64,000 nt of DNA from an uncultured Gemmatimonadales bacterium (GCA_963798845.1 CAWCUS010000005.1:64001-128000); one strand, 5' to 3'. Positions 12,205-25,411 are shown, numbered from the stretch's first letter. Notes: generated by a model not told the origin, from the sequence alone. Made by a program: numbers and translations.

Positions 12205-13143
12205 GTGTCCGACCACCGCCGAGGGCTGCTGCGCCGCGTCTTCACGGCGGCGCTGGTCGCCGCGACGCTCGTGTTCCTGGGCCTCGCCATCGGCCGGAAC
12301 TGGAGCCACATCGCCAGCTTCGACTGGCACGTCCGGCCCCTGGAGCTGGTCGCGAGCGTGCTCGTTCTCCTGACCGCCCTGGTCTGGGGGATCCTTGTCT
12401 GGCACCGGGTGATCGCGCGCTTCGATGCCGAGACCCCATCCTTCCGGACCATCGTCTGGATCTGGTTCCTGTCCAATCTCGCCCGCTACGTACCGGGCAA
12501 GATCTGGCAGTTCGTCGGGGTGGTCCAGCTCGGGCGACGGGCCGGGCTCGCCGCGCCCGTCCTCCTCACCTCCCTCGTCATTCAGACCGGCATAACACTG
12601 GTGTCCGCGGCGCTGGTCTCGCTCCTGGCGCTCCCCGTCATGGCGCGCGGCCTCGGCGCCCTGGGCGACGCCGCTGTGGTGGCCGCGGCCGTGCTCGGCC
12701 TCGCGGCCGTCCATCCGGCCGTGCTGAACTTCGGGTTGCGGATGGTGCCCCGACGCCTCGCCTCCGTGGAGCTGGCGTGGACCGGATCATGGCTGGACGG
12801 GATCGTGCTCCTCGGCCTCGGCTCCGTCGCCTGGCTGATCTACGGAGCTGCGTTCGTGCTGCTGGCCGACTCACTGGTCGGCATCCCGCTCGCCCTCGCC
12901 CCGTCCCTCGTTGCCGCGAACGCCCTGGCCTTCCTCATCGGATACATGGTCTTCATCGCCCCCGGGGGGCTCGGCGCCCGCGAAGCCGCCCTCACGCTCA
13001 TGCTCGGACCCCTCGCCTCCATCGGCGTCGCCGCCGTCATCGCCGTCGCGTTCCGCCTCTGGCTGATCGTCGCCGAGCTGCTCGGCGCCGGCATCGCCGC
13101 GGCCATCGCCCGTCCGCCGGCGAGCGAACTCAACGAATCGTGA
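12205..13143 (+). CDS. Lysylphosphatidylglycerol-synthase-TM-domain (flippase-like) membrane protein
   Basis: Hydrophobic, with SNLARYVPGKIW, APGGLGAREA and FRLW motifs. Confidence 0.75.
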   Translation: MSDHRRGLLRRVFTAALVAATLVFLGLAIGRNWSHIASFDWHVRPLELVASVLVLLTALVWGILVWHRVIARFDAETPSFRTIVWIWFLSNLARYVPGKIWQFVGVVQLGRRAGLAAPVLLTSLVIQTGITLVSAALVSLLALPVMARGLGALGDAAVVAAAVLGLAAVHPAVLNFGLRMVPRRLASVELAWTGSWLDGIVLLGLGSVAWLIYGAAFVLLADSLVGIPLALAPSLVAANALAFLIGYMVFIAPGGLGAREAALTLMLGPLASIGVAAVIAVAFRLWLIVAELLGAGIAAAIARPPASELNES

Positions 13144-14176
13144 GCTGCGACGCGGGCAGCCGGTAACGCTTCATCAGCGCTAGCGCGTCCGCCGGGCGCG
13201 CAGACGACCGCCGCCAGAAGTCGCGCCGCGACCGGAGCGTGGCCGGGAGCCGAGCCACGGCCGCCAGCCAGGCCCTGAGGATGGTGCCCACGATCACGCC
13301 CTTCGATGGCATTCCCGACGTCGCCTCCGGCGTCGAGGGGGCCGCTCCGGGGCCTCCGGGCCCGGGGCCGGTCCTGGCCAGCCCGCGCGCCAGCCGCACG
13401 TAGCGCACGGCGCTGTGCCACAGCGACACCGGCCAGTACCACGCAGGCAGCAGCTTGAAGACCGTGGTGAGCCGATTGCGCTCGCCGTAGTACAGCTTCA
13501 GCGGTGAATATCGGCGCGTGGACAGCGATCGCTGATGGTAGACCACCGCGCCGCCCTCCGCCGGCACCGTACGATGTCCCAGCAGCGCAAACCGCAGGAA
13601 GAAGTCGGTCTCCTCGAAGAAGAGGAAGTAGCTCTCGTCGAACCGGATTCCCTCCAGCGCCGGCCGCCGGAAGCACATCACCGCGCCGTACGCAGCGAAC
13701 GCCGCACGGCTCCTCTCCCCGACGTCCTCGGGGCGGTATGCTTCCCCGGATCCCTCGTTCTGCGCGTGCAGGTCGTCGTAGAACCGGATGCCCAGCGAGT
13801 TCAGGACCGGCGGATCGCTCATCTCCAGCACCACACTGGACACGGCGTCCGCGCCGGGCTCCGCGGCCAGCGCCGCTTCCACGGCCTTCGACCACCCGCG
13901 CGTGAAGCGAAGGTCCATGTTGCACAGCACCACCACCTCCGCGTCCATCCGGTCGAGGAGCCGGTTCAACGCTCCCGCGTATCCCAGGTTCCTTTCCGAC
14001 CGCACCACCGTCGCCGCCGGGCAGCTCGCCTCGACGGCGTCCGCCGACCCGTCCTCGGACGCGTTGTCGAACACCCACGCCCGCGCCTCCACACCTTCCT
14101 GCTCGAGGATCGATTCCACACACTCCAGCACCCGCGGCCCGCCGTTGTAGTTGACGACGCCGAAGTCCACCCTCAT
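13130..14176 (-). CDS. Glycosyltransferase family 2 (rhamnosyltransferase-like)
   Basis: VVNYNG, FDNASEDGS, NLGYAGALN and FDESYFLFFEETD. Confidence 0.85.
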   Translation of the reverse strand: MRVDFGVVNYNGGPRVLECVESILEQEGVEARAWVFDNASEDGSADAVEASCPAATVVRSERNLGYAGALNRLLDRMDAEVVVLCNMDLRFTRGWSKAVEAALAAEPGADAVSSVVLEMSDPPVLNSLGIRFYDDLHAQNEGSGEAYRPEDVGERSRAAFAAYGAVMCFRRPALEGIRFDESYFLFFEETDFFLRFALLGHRTVPAEGGAVVYHQRSLSTRRYSPLKLYYGERNRLTTVFKLLPAWYWPVSLWHSAVRYVRLARGLARTGPGPGGPGAAPSTPEATSGMPSKGVIVGTILRAWLAAVARLPATLRSRRDFWRRSSARPADALALMKRYRLPASQLTIR

Positions 14177-14236
14177 GGCCGAGCCCGCTCCCTGGCCCTC
14201 CCCGCATCCGGTACCTTCCGCGGGCCGGTTCGGCAG

Positions 14237-14296
14237 ACAAACAACATCAGGTGTTTAATGATAGGTTGTTTAGTTTCAATAACATACGACATACCG
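14237..14296. promoter_or_regulatory. AT-rich intergenic island with an inverted repeat; possible promoter/operator for the GT2 gene
   Basis: 20 of 60 bases are G+C. Inverted repeat AAACAAC (14239-45) / GTTGTTT (14265-71); the minus strand reads TTGAAA-N16-TAAACA. Confidence 0.45.
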
Positions 14297-14342
14297 CAAT
14301 CGAGCGTCGCTCGGGAGTGTCGGTTGCCCGGCCGGCACGGCA

Positions 14343-15359
14343 TCACCCTGCCGGGGGCGCCGGCGGGAGCGGAGCGTCGCGCGTGTCGGTTCCGCGTCGG
14401 ATGGCTTCGATCTCGGCGCGCTGCTGGGCGATCATCTCGGCGATGAGGCCGAACCCGAACAGGAGGAAGCCGAGGGTCTCGAGGAGTATGACGAGGTAAA
14501 GGAGCGGTCGGAAACCGAAGGGCGGCATGGCGTGGGCGACGCGGAGCGCGATGGTGACGATGCCGACGAGGATTCCGAGCCCGGCCATGACCAGGCCGCT
14601 GAGGCCGAAGAACAGCATCGGCTTGCGGGAAAAGAAGAGCACGAACGCGACGGACACCAGGTCGAGCAGGCCGACCACGATGCGGCCGCGGCCGGAGTAC
14701 TTGGCCTCACCGTGGCGGCGGGGGTGGAGCGGGATGTCGATCTCGGTGACTGTGAAGCCGCGGTCGTAGGCCATGACGACGAAGAAGCGGTGCCAATCGT
14801 GGCGGAGCGGAACTTCGGCCAGGATGGTCCGGCGGAACCCCTTCATGCTGTTGAGATCGGAGACCGGGACCTTGAAGAGGAGGCGGCTCATCCGGTTGTA
14901 CGTGCTGGACACCGCCCGCTTCTCGTAGGGCCCGACCTTTCGGCCGGTCACGATGTCCCAGCCCTCGGCGAGCTTGTCCAGGTAGCGGGGGATCTCCTCG
15001 GTGTCGTGCTGGAGGTCGGCGTCGAAGAGGACGATCCATTCCGCGTCCGTCGCGCCGGCGCCGGTGACCAGGGCCTCGGTCTTCCCGAAATTGCGCCGGT
15101 GGCGGACGACCTTCAGGCGGTCCCACCCGTCCGCTTCCTCCCTCGCGCGGGCCGCCGTGCCATCGACCGAGCCGTCGTCGACGAGGATGACCTCGCCCGA
15201 GAGCCCGTGCTTCTCCCAGGTCGCGCGCAGCTCGTGCACGAGGTCGGGGATGTTGTCCGCCTCGTTGAACGCTGGCACAACGACGGCGAAGCGGCGCCTC
15301 ACCTCGTCGGGCGAGACCGCTCGCTCTTCCACGCGGGTCCCCGGGGTGTCCTGTCTCAT
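14343..15359 (-). CDS. GT2 polyprenyl-phosphate glycosyltransferase (ArnC/GtrB-like) with two C-terminal TM helices
   Basis: VVPAFNEADN, VDDGSVDGT, RNFGK, FDADLQHD, RRHGEAKY and C-terminal TM helices. Confidence 0.85.
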   Translation of the reverse strand: MRQDTPGTRVEERAVSPDEVRRRFAVVVPAFNEADNIPDLVHELRATWEKHGLSGEVILVDDGSVDGTAARAREEADGWDRLKVVRHRRNFGKTEALVTGAGATDAEWIVLFDADLQHDTEEIPRYLDKLAEGWDIVTGRKVGPYEKRAVSSTYNRMSRLLFKVPVSDLNSMKGFRRTILAEVPLRHDWHRFFVVMAYDRGFTVTEIDIPLHPRRHGEAKYSGRGRIVVGLLDLVSVAFVLFFSRKPMLFFGLSGLVMAGLGILVGIVTIALRVAHAMPPFGFRPLLYLVILLETLGFLLFGFGLIAEMIAQQRAEIEAIRRGTDTRDAPLPPAPPAG

Positions 15360-15509
15360 GGGGCAGGAGTATGGGAGATCGGCAGGGGAAGCGCTACCGT
15401 GGCAGCGAGGCGCGCGACCGTGCGGAAAAGGAGAGCTGCGTATCACCCGGAGAGGCGAAGGGCGCGCCGTGCCGCAGCGTGGATGGGTCCCGGGGCGACC
15501 GGTCTCCCG

Positions 15510-16955
15510 TTATACGCGCTTCCGCATCCGTGCGGAGAGGATGCCGAGCTGGTCCCGGTACTTGGCCACCGTGCGGCGCGCGATCTGGATCCCTTCCTCC
15601 TTCAGGAGGTTCACGATGGCCTGGTCGGTGAGAGGCTTCTTGGGATTCTCCTCCTCGACCAGCTTCTCGATCTTCGCCTTGATCCCGCGGGCGCTGACGT
15701 CCTCGCCCGAGTCGGTGGACAGCCCGCTCGAGAAGAAGAACTTGAGCGGAAGCACGCCCCGGGGCGTCTGCACGTATTTCTCGTTGGTCACGCGCGAGAC
15801 CGTGGACTCGTGCATGTCGATGACCTCGGCCACCTCGCGGAGCGTGAGCGGCTTGAGGAACTGGACCCCGCGCTCGAAGAACTCCCGCTGCCGGTCCACG
15901 ATGAAGTTCATCACCTTCAGCATGGTCTGGCGCCGCTGCTCGATGGCCTGGATCATCCAGTTGGCGCTGTTCAGCTTGTTGGAGATGAACTCCTTGTTCT
16001 CCCCCTTGAACTTGCTCTTGTCCTTCGCGATTTCGCGGTAGGTCCGGGACAGCTTCAGCCGCGGCAGGCTCGTGTCGTTCAGGAACACGTGGTACTCGCC
16101 GTCGATCTTCTCGACGATCAGGTCGGGCGTGATGTAGTTGTCCGCCGGAGCCGCGTGCTTGAGCCCCGGCTTCGGATCCAGCTTCGCGATCTCGTCCGCT
16201 GCCGTCTGCACCTCGCGCGGCGTGATGGAGAGCTCCTTCGAGATCTCCGACCAGCGGTGGTTGATCAGCTGCTCGAAGTAGTCGCGGACGATGGTGTAGG
16301 TGCGCGAGTCTTCCTGCTCCAGGTCCCGGAGCTGGAGCAGGATGCACTCGCGCAGGTTGCGCGCGCCGATCCCGGGCGGGTCGAAGCGCTGGATCTTCTC
16401 CAGCATCTCCTCCGCCTCGATGAGCGAGTACGGCTGCACGTCCTCGCCCTCCTCCGCCCAGGCGTCGCCGTTCTCTTCCAGCCACTCGTTCAGGGCGGTC
16501 ACCACCTCGTCGAGGGAGCAGGCCAGGTAGCCCTCCTCGTCGACGTTGCCCACGATCTCCTCCCCGAGCAGCACCTCCCGGGGGGAGAAGCGCATCAGCT
16601 TCAGCTGGTCGAGGAGGTGGTCGGAGAGGTCCCGCGTCTCCACCCGGACCGGTTCGTAGTACTCCTTCTGCTCGTATTCCTGCTTGCGACCGCCGGCGTC
16701 GAAGCCGTCCAGGAGGATCTCCTCCCAGTCGATCTCGTCCTCCTTCTCCTTCTCCTCCTCGGCGTTGAGCTCCTCGGGCTCGACGAGCGGGTCCTCGAGG
16801 TCGAGGAACGGGTTGTTCAGCATCTCCTGCTTGATGTGCTGCTGGAGGTCCATCAGGGGCATGTAGAGCAGGTCCATCGCCTGGTACAGGCGAGGGTTGA
16901 TCTTCATCTCCTGCTTCAGCTGGGTGCCCTGATAGAGGCCGGTTCTTATGCTCAT
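15510..16955 (-). CDS. rpoN: RNA polymerase sigma-54 factor
   Basis: RpoN box [17 protein letters not shown] and LKPLTL. Confidence 0.97.
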   Translation of the reverse strand: MSIRTGLYQGTQLKQEMKINPRLYQAMDLLYMPLMDLQQHIKQEMLNNPFLDLEDPLVEPEELNAEEEKEKEDEIDWEEILLDGFDAGGRKQEYEQKEYYEPVRVETRDLSDHLLDQLKLMRFSPREVLLGEEIVGNVDEEGYLACSLDEVVTALNEWLEENGDAWAEEGEDVQPYSLIEAEEMLEKIQRFDPPGIGARNLRECILLQLRDLEQEDSRTYTIVRDYFEQLINHRWSEISKELSITPREVQTAADEIAKLDPKPGLKHAAPADNYITPDLIVEKIDGEYHVFLNDTSLPRLKLSRTYREIAKDKSKFKGENKEFISNKLNSANWMIQAIEQRRQTMLKVMNFIVDRQREFFERGVQFLKPLTLREVAEVIDMHESTVSRVTNEKYVQTPRGVLPLKFFFSSGLSTDSGEDVSARGIKAKIEKLVEEENPKKPLTDQAIVNLLKEEGIQIARRTVAKYRDQLGILSARMRKRV

Positions 16956-18172
16956 ACGGTGTCAGGCTTCAGATATCGTTCGCGCATCCGTTCGGTCAGC
17001 GTCGGACCGAAGTAGATCTCTGCCACGTCGTCGTTCCAGACCAGCTCCCCCACCGTGCCGGAGACGCGAACGCGTCCATCGTACATGATATAGGCGCGGT
17101 CGACGATCTCCAATGTCTGCTCCACGTTGTGATCGCTGATGATCACGCCGATCCCCCGGTGGCGCAGGTCGCCCACGATCTGCTGGATGTCGTGAACCGC
17201 GATGGGGTCGACGCCGGCGAACGGCTCATCGAGGAGCATGAACTTCGGCTCGCTGACGAGCGCCCGGGTGATCTCGAGGCGCCGTCGCTCGCCACCGGAA
17301 AGGGAGTACGCCTTCGCTTTCCGGAGCGGCTTGAGGCCGAGCTCATCGAGGAGCCGTTCGAGCCGTTGTCGCCGCTCTGCGCGAGGAAGCTCCATTGTCT
17401 CCAGGATCGCCATGATATTGTCTTCAACCGTCAGCTTCCTGAAGATCGAGGGCTCCTGGGCCAGGTACCCGATCCCGGCCCGGGCTCGCTTGTACATTGG
17501 CGTTTCGGTCAACTCCCTGTCATCGAGGAACACGCGCCCTCGATCGGGGCGGATCAGGCCGACCACCATGTAGAAGGTGGTGGTCTTCCCTGCTCCGTTC
17601 GGCCCCAGCAGCCCGACGATCTCCCCCTGAGAGACCTCCACGCTTACTTCGTTTACGGCCTTTCGCTTGCGGTAGATCTTGACCAGCGACTCCGATCTCA
17701 GCGTGCTGCTGCCGCGCGCAGCGGCTTCCGGATTCGGCCCGCCGCCTTCCGCCGGGTAACCCTCGTGGTCTAACAAGTTTCGTACCGCACCATCGAGCCG
17801 CTCGAGGAGCGCCTGGCGCTGTGGACCGATGCGGCTCCAGAGCTCCGGGTCGACGCGCACGCGCTGCCAGTCGTCCATGGCGGGAACAGGGTTGGCGAGC
17901 CCGTGCTCGACGGCGCGGCTGAGGACGTGATCGCGGAGGTAGCGGGCCAGCTGCTCGGAGGAGTCGCCAGCATCGGCGAGGCCCGGACGAATCACGGCCT
18001 GGTCGGGGGTGAGGCGGGCGAAGGCCATGCGCACCGCCGTCACCCACTCGCTCCGGTCTATGGAGCCATCGGCGTCGGCGTTTCGGAGGAGCTCCAGGAG
18101 TGCCAGCGCCACCGAGCCGTCACGCCTCGACAGCGTTCCGATGAACTCGTTCAGCTGCGTCTCGGTCGTCAT
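16952..18172 (-). CDS. lptB: LPS export ABC ATPase LptB with a roughly 155-aa N-terminal extra domain (406 aa total)
   Basis: [42 protein letters not shown] and SDHNV. It lies between lptA-like and rpoN, and ATG 18172 overlaps the upstream TGA. Confidence 0.92.
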   Translation of the reverse strand: MTTETQLNEFIGTLSRRDGSVALALLELLRNADADGSIDRSEWVTAVRMAFARLTPDQAVIRPGLADAGDSSEQLARYLRDHVLSRAVEHGLANPVPAMDDWQRVRVDPELWSRIGPQRQALLERLDGAVRNLLDHEGYPAEGGGPNPEAAARGSSTLRSESLVKIYRKRKAVNEVSVEVSQGEIVGLLGPNGAGKTTTFYMVVGLIRPDRGRVFLDDRELTETPMYKRARAGIGYLAQEPSIFRKLTVEDNIMAILETMELPRAERRQRLERLLDELGLKPLRKAKAYSLSGGERRRLEITRALVSEPKFMLLDEPFAGVDPIAVHDIQQIVGDLRHRGIGVIISDHNVEQTLEIVDRAYIMYDGRVRVSGTVGELVWNDDVAEIYFGPTLTERMRERYLKPDTV

Positions 18173-19782
18173 GCGCCGCCCTTCCTCCGTGCTTGCGCGC
18201 CGGCCAGCGGCGTGCCCGCGGAGTCGGGCGGGGGCGTGGCCGCGGAGTCCGCCGGCGCGCCGCAGCGCGCCGTGGACTCGAGGTAGCGGCCTTCGATCGG
18301 CCCCTCCGCCTCCACCCGCTCCACTTCCCCATGCGTTAGGAACAGGTCGATCCGCTTGGCTTGCATGTAATTGATGGGTGGCGAGCAGTCCGGCCGCTCC
18401 GGTTGCAGCCGGTAGAGGGAGAGCGCCGGCGCACCCGTTCCGACCACCAGGATCCGCTCGAGCACCGTCTCCATGGAGTCGGTGGTCTCTCCCTCGGTCG
18501 CGGGGCGCCGGGTCGGCGTGAGGCTGTCCGCCGGCACCGGCTGCCGGGCGAAGTACCCGATGATCGTGTCCCCCTGGACCCAGTCGCTGGCGACGACGCC
18601 GGGAACCCGAGCGGCAGTGGAGTCCGGGTTTCGCTCCCCTCGCGCGCTCCCGACGGCCCGCACTTCGCGGATCGCGCCGGAATCCGCGAGCGCGTCGATG
18701 GAGTCCGCGCTGAGGTGAAAGTCCTTGGCGAGTGCCAGAGCACGCGGCGGCGCGGCGGCGGCCGGCAGCCCCACAGCCGTTGCGGCGGAGTCCGGGCTCT
18801 TCGGCTGCGGCGACGGGGAGGCGGGCTGACGGGTCCACGCTTCCAGCCGATCGATCTCGCCGGCGGAGAATCCGATGCGCAGCCGCTGTGCGCGCACGGT
18901 CAGCTCGTCCGAGACCAGGCGAGCGGCATTGTCGGCGCGGATCTCACGAAGGGTGTCCTCCTGGAGCACGGCCTCGATGCGCTCGCCTTCGAGGCGGTAA
19001 CGATCGTTCTCGACGTGGGCGTGCCCGACCAGGGTGAGCTGCTCGTCGTCACGCTGGTAGCGAACGCTCTGGCCCGCGCCGCGCATGTCTCCACGCAGGA
19101 GCTCCACGTCGCCATTGGCGATGAACTGGTCCTGCCCATCGATCTCGATGACACGCCCCCAAACCTCGAGGGCGGTCGCCGTGTCGGCGGGGCTGTCCGG
19201 GACGGGGGCCCGGCCCGCCAAGGGTACGGTGTCCGGGGGCGCGGCCGCGGTGTCGCCGGCCATCCCCGCCGCGGTGTCCACGGCGGGTTCACCCGCGTTC
19301 TCGGCACCCGGGTGGAGGATGGCGTGGGGGCGTCCTCCCTGCACGATCATCCGGGACATCGGCCGTTCGGGAGTCTCCCGGCGGTAGTCGAGCTGCTCGC
19401 CGGTGATAACCGAGGCGTTGGCGAGATCGCGGAGCCGGACGTTGCCACGGGCGAAGAGCTGGTCCTCCCTGCCGACATAGTTCGCCCAGTCGGAGGTGAG
19501 CTCCCGGGCGGTGTCACGATAGAGCACGCCGCCCACCAGCTCGATGGTGCTCGCGGCCCGGTTCATGACCGCGGAGTCCGCGTCCAGCACGATCCCGCCC
19601 GTGCAGACCCAGTGCACCGGGTCCTTGAAGTAAAGGAGCTCCTGTCCGACCACGTTGACGATCCGCTGGAAGTCCGAAGGGCGCGTCTGTCGGCAGGTTC
19701 GGGTCTGCTGCGAAGCGGCGGCCGCGGGAAGCGCCGCCAGGACCAGGACCGTCCCGAACGCACCGAGCCACGCCCGCCGCAT
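18169..19782 (-). CDS. Large OstA/LptA-like periplasmic LPS transport protein (several beta-jellyroll repeats)
   Basis: Signal peptide and repeated A.G.V strand motifs (ARGNV, ANGDV, AVGSA, AEGPI); located between lptC and lptB. Confidence 0.7.
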   Translation of the reverse strand: MRRAWLGAFGTVLVLAALPAAAASQQTRTCRQTRPSDFQRIVNVVGQELLYFKDPVHWVCTGGIVLDADSAVMNRAASTIELVGGVLYRDTARELTSDWANYVGREDQLFARGNVRLRDLANASVITGEQLDYRRETPERPMSRMIVQGGRPHAILHPGAENAGEPAVDTAAGMAGDTAAAPPDTVPLAGRAPVPDSPADTATALEVWGRVIEIDGQDQFIANGDVELLRGDMRGAGQSVRYQRDDEQLTLVGHAHVENDRYRLEGERIEAVLQEDTLREIRADNAARLVSDELTVRAQRLRIGFSAGEIDRLEAWTRQPASPSPQPKSPDSAATAVGLPAAAAPPRALALAKDFHLSADSIDALADSGAIREVRAVGSARGERNPDSTAARVPGVVASDWVQGDTIIGYFARQPVPADSLTPTRRPATEGETTDSMETVLERILVVGTGAPALSLYRLQPERPDCSPPINYMQAKRIDLFLTHGEVERVEAEGPIEGRYLESTARCGAPADSAATPPPDSAGTPLAGAQARRKGGA

Positions 19783-19783
19783 C

Positions 19784-20359
19784 TCAGAACTCGATCTCGA
19801 TGTTCTCGCCCGTGCTCTTGAAGACCTGGATGTTCTTCATCTGGTCGTCGGCCTTGAAACCGGTCCCTTCGACGCGCGAGTTCCCCTGGAACATGACGGT
19901 GGGCTTGTCGCTCCAGATCTGGCCCAGATGGGGATCGTAATGGAGCTCGTCGGTGAGGATGCGGCGATCGCCCTCAGTGGTGACCAGGACGACGTGCCCC
20001 CGGGCCCGCATGCGGTTGTCGCGGGCGTAATGCTCGCCCTCGTCGGCCGTGAGATGGGCGGTCTCGGCTCCATCCTCGTCGTACAGCTTCAGGTCCACGG
20101 GGAACATGAGCGTCTTGGCGGAGTCCTCCCAGATGTAGGCGGTGTCTGCGTGAAGGCGGGCCCGGAGCTCGCCCATGTCCTTGATGTCCATGCGCAGGTC
20201 GGAGACCACCTGGTCGGCCGGAAGGTCGCGGAAATCGCTGCCGGCCGTCGGGTCGTCGTTCCGGCCGCACGCCGGTGTGGTGGTGGCGAGGACGGCCAGG
20301 AGAGCGCACCACGCGGTCGCCTTCCCCGTGCCTCGGCTCTTCCCGTTCCCGTTCTTCAC
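19784..20359 (-). CDS. lptC: LPS export protein LptC (lipoprotein-like signal)
   Basis: LTADEG, ARGHVVL, LTDELHYD, IWSDKP and GTGF motifs; lies between kdsD and lptA-like. GGAGG precedes GTG 20359 (alternative start 20380). Confidence 0.8.
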   Translation of the reverse strand: MKNGNGKSRGTGKATAWCALLAVLATTTPACGRNDDPTAGSDFRDLPADQVVSDLRMDIKDMGELRARLHADTAYIWEDSAKTLMFPVDLKLYDEDGAETAHLTADEGEHYARDNRMRARGHVVLVTTEGDRRILTDELHYDPHLGQIWSDKPTVMFQGNSRVEGTGFKADDQMKNIQVFKSTGENIEIEF

Positions 20360-20404
20360 CGACCCTCCAATCCCGTTCACCCGTTCGAGCGCTTCATTGC
20401 GCAG

Positions 20405-21424
20405 TCAGACCGCGCCCGCTCGCATGAGGTCGTGCAGATGCACGACGCCGGCGAGGCGTCCTTCACCGTCCACCACCGGCAGCGCCATGATTCCGTGCTT
20501 CTCCATCTGGAAGACCGCCGCGGACGCCAGCTCGTCGGGACCGGTCGTCTTCGGGCTCGGGTTCATCACCTCGCCCACGGGCACGTCCAGCACGTCGTCA
20601 CGGCGCTCCATGAGTCGGGTAAGGTCGCCCGCCGTGACCACCCCGATGACGCGTCGGGCGCCGTCCACCACCGGCACGGTGCCGCGGCGCTCGGCCAGAA
20701 GCACCACACAGCGGCGCATCGGCGCATCTGCCGCGATGCTCGGCACCTCTTCCTCGGCCGTCACCATGACGTCCCGAACGCGCAGCGTCAGCTTTCGCCC
20801 CAGCGCTCCGCCCGGGTGGAGCCGGGCGAAGTCCTCGGGCCCGAACCCCTTCCGGAGCAGGAGAGCCACGGCGAGGGCATCGCCCATGGCAACGGTCACC
20901 GTGGTGGACGTGGTCGGCGCCAGGTCCATGGGGCAGGCTTCCTCGGCCACCGAGCAGTCGAGCACGAGCCTGGCGCCGCGAGCCAGCGGCGAGTCGAGAC
21001 GCCCTGTCATGGCGATGATGGATACACCGGAGCGGCTCAGAAAATCCATGAGGCCGAAGAGCTCGGCCGATTCGCCGCTCTTGGAGATCAGAATCGCCAC
21101 GTCCTCGCGGCCGACGATTCCGAGATCGCCGTGCAGGCCCTCGAGCGGATGCAGGAATATTGCGGGCGTCCCCGTGGACGTGAGCGTCGCAGCGATCTTC
21201 CGGCCCACGATCCCGCTCTTCCCCACCCCGCTCACAACGACCCGGCCTGCCGCCTTGGCGATGAGCGAAACGGCTTCCAGGAATCCGTCACCGATACGGT
21301 CCTGGAGCGCGGCGACGGCGGCCGCTTCCTGGCGCACCACCCCCCGCGCCCGTTCCAGTAGCTCCGCGGCGTCGTGGACCGGGCCGTCGCGGTGCCCGGC
21401 GTCGCGCACTGCCGATCTGCTCAT
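20405..21424 (-). CDS. kdsD: Arabinose-5-phosphate isomerase (KpsF/GutQ; SIS plus CBS)
   Basis: SGVGKSG, ATLTSTGTP, HGDLG, EACP.LAPT.ST and HPGGALG. Confidence 0.93.
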   Translation of the reverse strand: MSRSAVRDAGHRDGPVHDAAELLERARGVVRQEAAAVAALQDRIGDGFLEAVSLIAKAAGRVVVSGVGKSGIVGRKIAATLTSTGTPAIFLHPLEGLHGDLGIVGREDVAILISKSGESAELFGLMDFLSRSGVSIIAMTGRLDSPLARGARLVLDCSVAEEACPMDLAPTTSTTVTVAMGDALAVALLLRKGFGPEDFARLHPGGALGRKLTLRVRDVMVTAEEEVPSIAADAPMRRCVVLLAERRGTVPVVDGARRVIGVVTAGDLTRLMERRDDVLDVPVGEVMNPSPKTTGPDELASAAVFQMEKHGIMALPVVDGEGRLAGVVHLHDLMRAGAV

Positions 21425-22011
21425 TCGCGCTCCATGTAATCCGCCACGTTCCCGCCGGCTTCGCGCGAGAGACGATACGCCTCCACCAGCCGCGGCCAGT
21501 CGCCACGAGCCTTCAGCAGCGCCTCGGCGAACTCGCGCGCCGCGCCGTTCCCACCTGGCCGGGCCGCCACCCAGCGCGCGCGAGCCTTGAGCTCGGGCGC
21601 GCCGTTGGGGACCGTGGCCGGCAGCCCTGCGCGGTCGAGGAGCGGGAGATCGGCCAGGTCATCTCCGACCACGGCCAGCTCGTCCCACCCTGCCCGGGCA
21701 TCGTCCAGGATCTCTTCCACCGTGCCGAGCTTGTAGCCGCCCGCCACCTGGCGGCACTCGATCCCCAGCTCGCCGGCGCGTGCCGTCGTGGCAGCCGATT
21801 GCCGTCCGCTCACCAGCACCACGCGCAGCCCGGCCCACTGGAGCATCTTCAGCCCCAGTCCATCCATGATGTCGAAGCGCTTCAGCTCGATGCGCTCTCC
21901 GGCCGCGGTGGCGCCCATGTAGACGCCGTTGTCGGTCAGCACGCCATCGACATCGAGGACCACGACGCGGATCCGGCGCGCCAGGTCGACGGGGATCGGG
22001 CGGCTACCCAC
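21421..22011 (-). CDS. kdsC: KDO 8-phosphate phosphatase (HAD)
   Basis: LDVDGVLTD, GDDLAD and GGNGAAREF. Confidence 0.9.
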   Translation of the reverse strand: MGSRPIPVDLARRIRVVVLDVDGVLTDNGVYMGATAAGERIELKRFDIMDGLGLKMLQWAGLRVVLVSGRQSAATTARAGELGIECRQVAGGYKLGTVEEILDDARAGWDELAVVGDDLADLPLLDRAGLPATVPNGAPELKARARWVAARPGGNGAAREFAEALLKARGDWPRLVEAYRLSREAGGNVADYMERE

Positions 22012-22933
22012 GGTCGAAGGCGTCCTCGTTCGAGCCGGCCCGAGCGTCGACGCCGGCCGCGCTCGCCTCCCCGCCGGCGTGCAGCACCTCGCGCAGCGCG
22101 AGCACCGTCTCGAGAAGCGGGCGGAAGGACGCCAGTGGAAGCATGTTGGTGCTGTCGGAGGGCGCCTCGCGCGGCGCCGGGTGCACTTCCATGAACAGGC
22201 CGTCGGCGCCCGCGCACACGGCCGCGCGCACCAGCGGGCCGATGAACTCGGGATCGCCGCCGCTCACGCCGGCGCCCAATCCGGGCCGCTGCACGGAATG
22301 CGTGCCATCGAACACCGCGGGGGCGCCGGTCGCGGCGCGAAGTCGGGTGAACGATCGCATGTCGACCACCAGGTCGCCGAAACCGAAGAACGTCCCGCGC
22401 TCGGTCACGGCTACCCCGCCCTCTCGCGGACCGCCGGACTCCCGCCTCGCAGTCCGCACCTTCTCGGCGGCGCCCGCCATCTCCTCCGGGGCCATCCACT
22501 GCCCCTTCTTGATGTTGATCGCGCGGCCGGTGGCGCCGGCAGCGCGCAGGAGGTCGGTCTGGCGGCAGAGGAATGCCGGGATCTGGAGGACGTCACAGAC
22601 GTCCGCGGCGGACACGGCCTGGGCCGCTTCGTGGATGTCCGTCAGAATCGGCAGCCCCGTCTCGGCGCGGACGCGCGCCAATTGCTCGAGGCCGTCGTCC
22701 AGCCCCGGGCCGCGCGGTGAGCCGAGCCGGCTCCGGTTCGCCTTGTCGAACGACGCCTTGTAGAGGATGGGGAGCCGCAGGTCGTCCGCGATGCGCGCCA
22801 GCGCCTCGCCGATCCGTACGTTCAGCGCGTCGTCCTCCAGCACGCACGGCCCCGCGATCACGAAGAACGGACCGTCAGGGCGGAACCACTGGCCCGCGCC
22901 TCGCCGGACTTGGCTGCCGCTCACCGATTCCAC
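22004..22933 (-). CDS. kdsA: KDO 8-phosphate synthase
   Basis: IAGPCVLE, KASFDKANRS, QIPAFLCRQTDL, KKGQ and FDGTHSVQ; the start position is approximate. Confidence 0.95.
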   Translation of the reverse strand: MESVSGSQVRRGAGQWFRPDGPFFVIAGPCVLEDDALNVRIGEALARIADDLRLPILYKASFDKANRSRLGSPRGPGLDDGLEQLARVRAETGLPILTDIHEAAQAVSAADVCDVLQIPAFLCRQTDLLRAAGATGRAINIKKGQWMAPEEMAGAAEKVRTARRESGGPREGGVAVTERGTFFGFGDLVVDMRSFTRLRAATGAPAVFDGTHSVQRPGLGAGVSGGDPEFIGPLVRAAVCAGADGLFMEVHPAPREAPSDSTNMLPLASFRPLLETVLALREVLHAGGEASAAGVDARAGSNEDAFDRG

Positions 22934-22934
22934 G

Positions 22935-25411
<2,477 letters not shown>

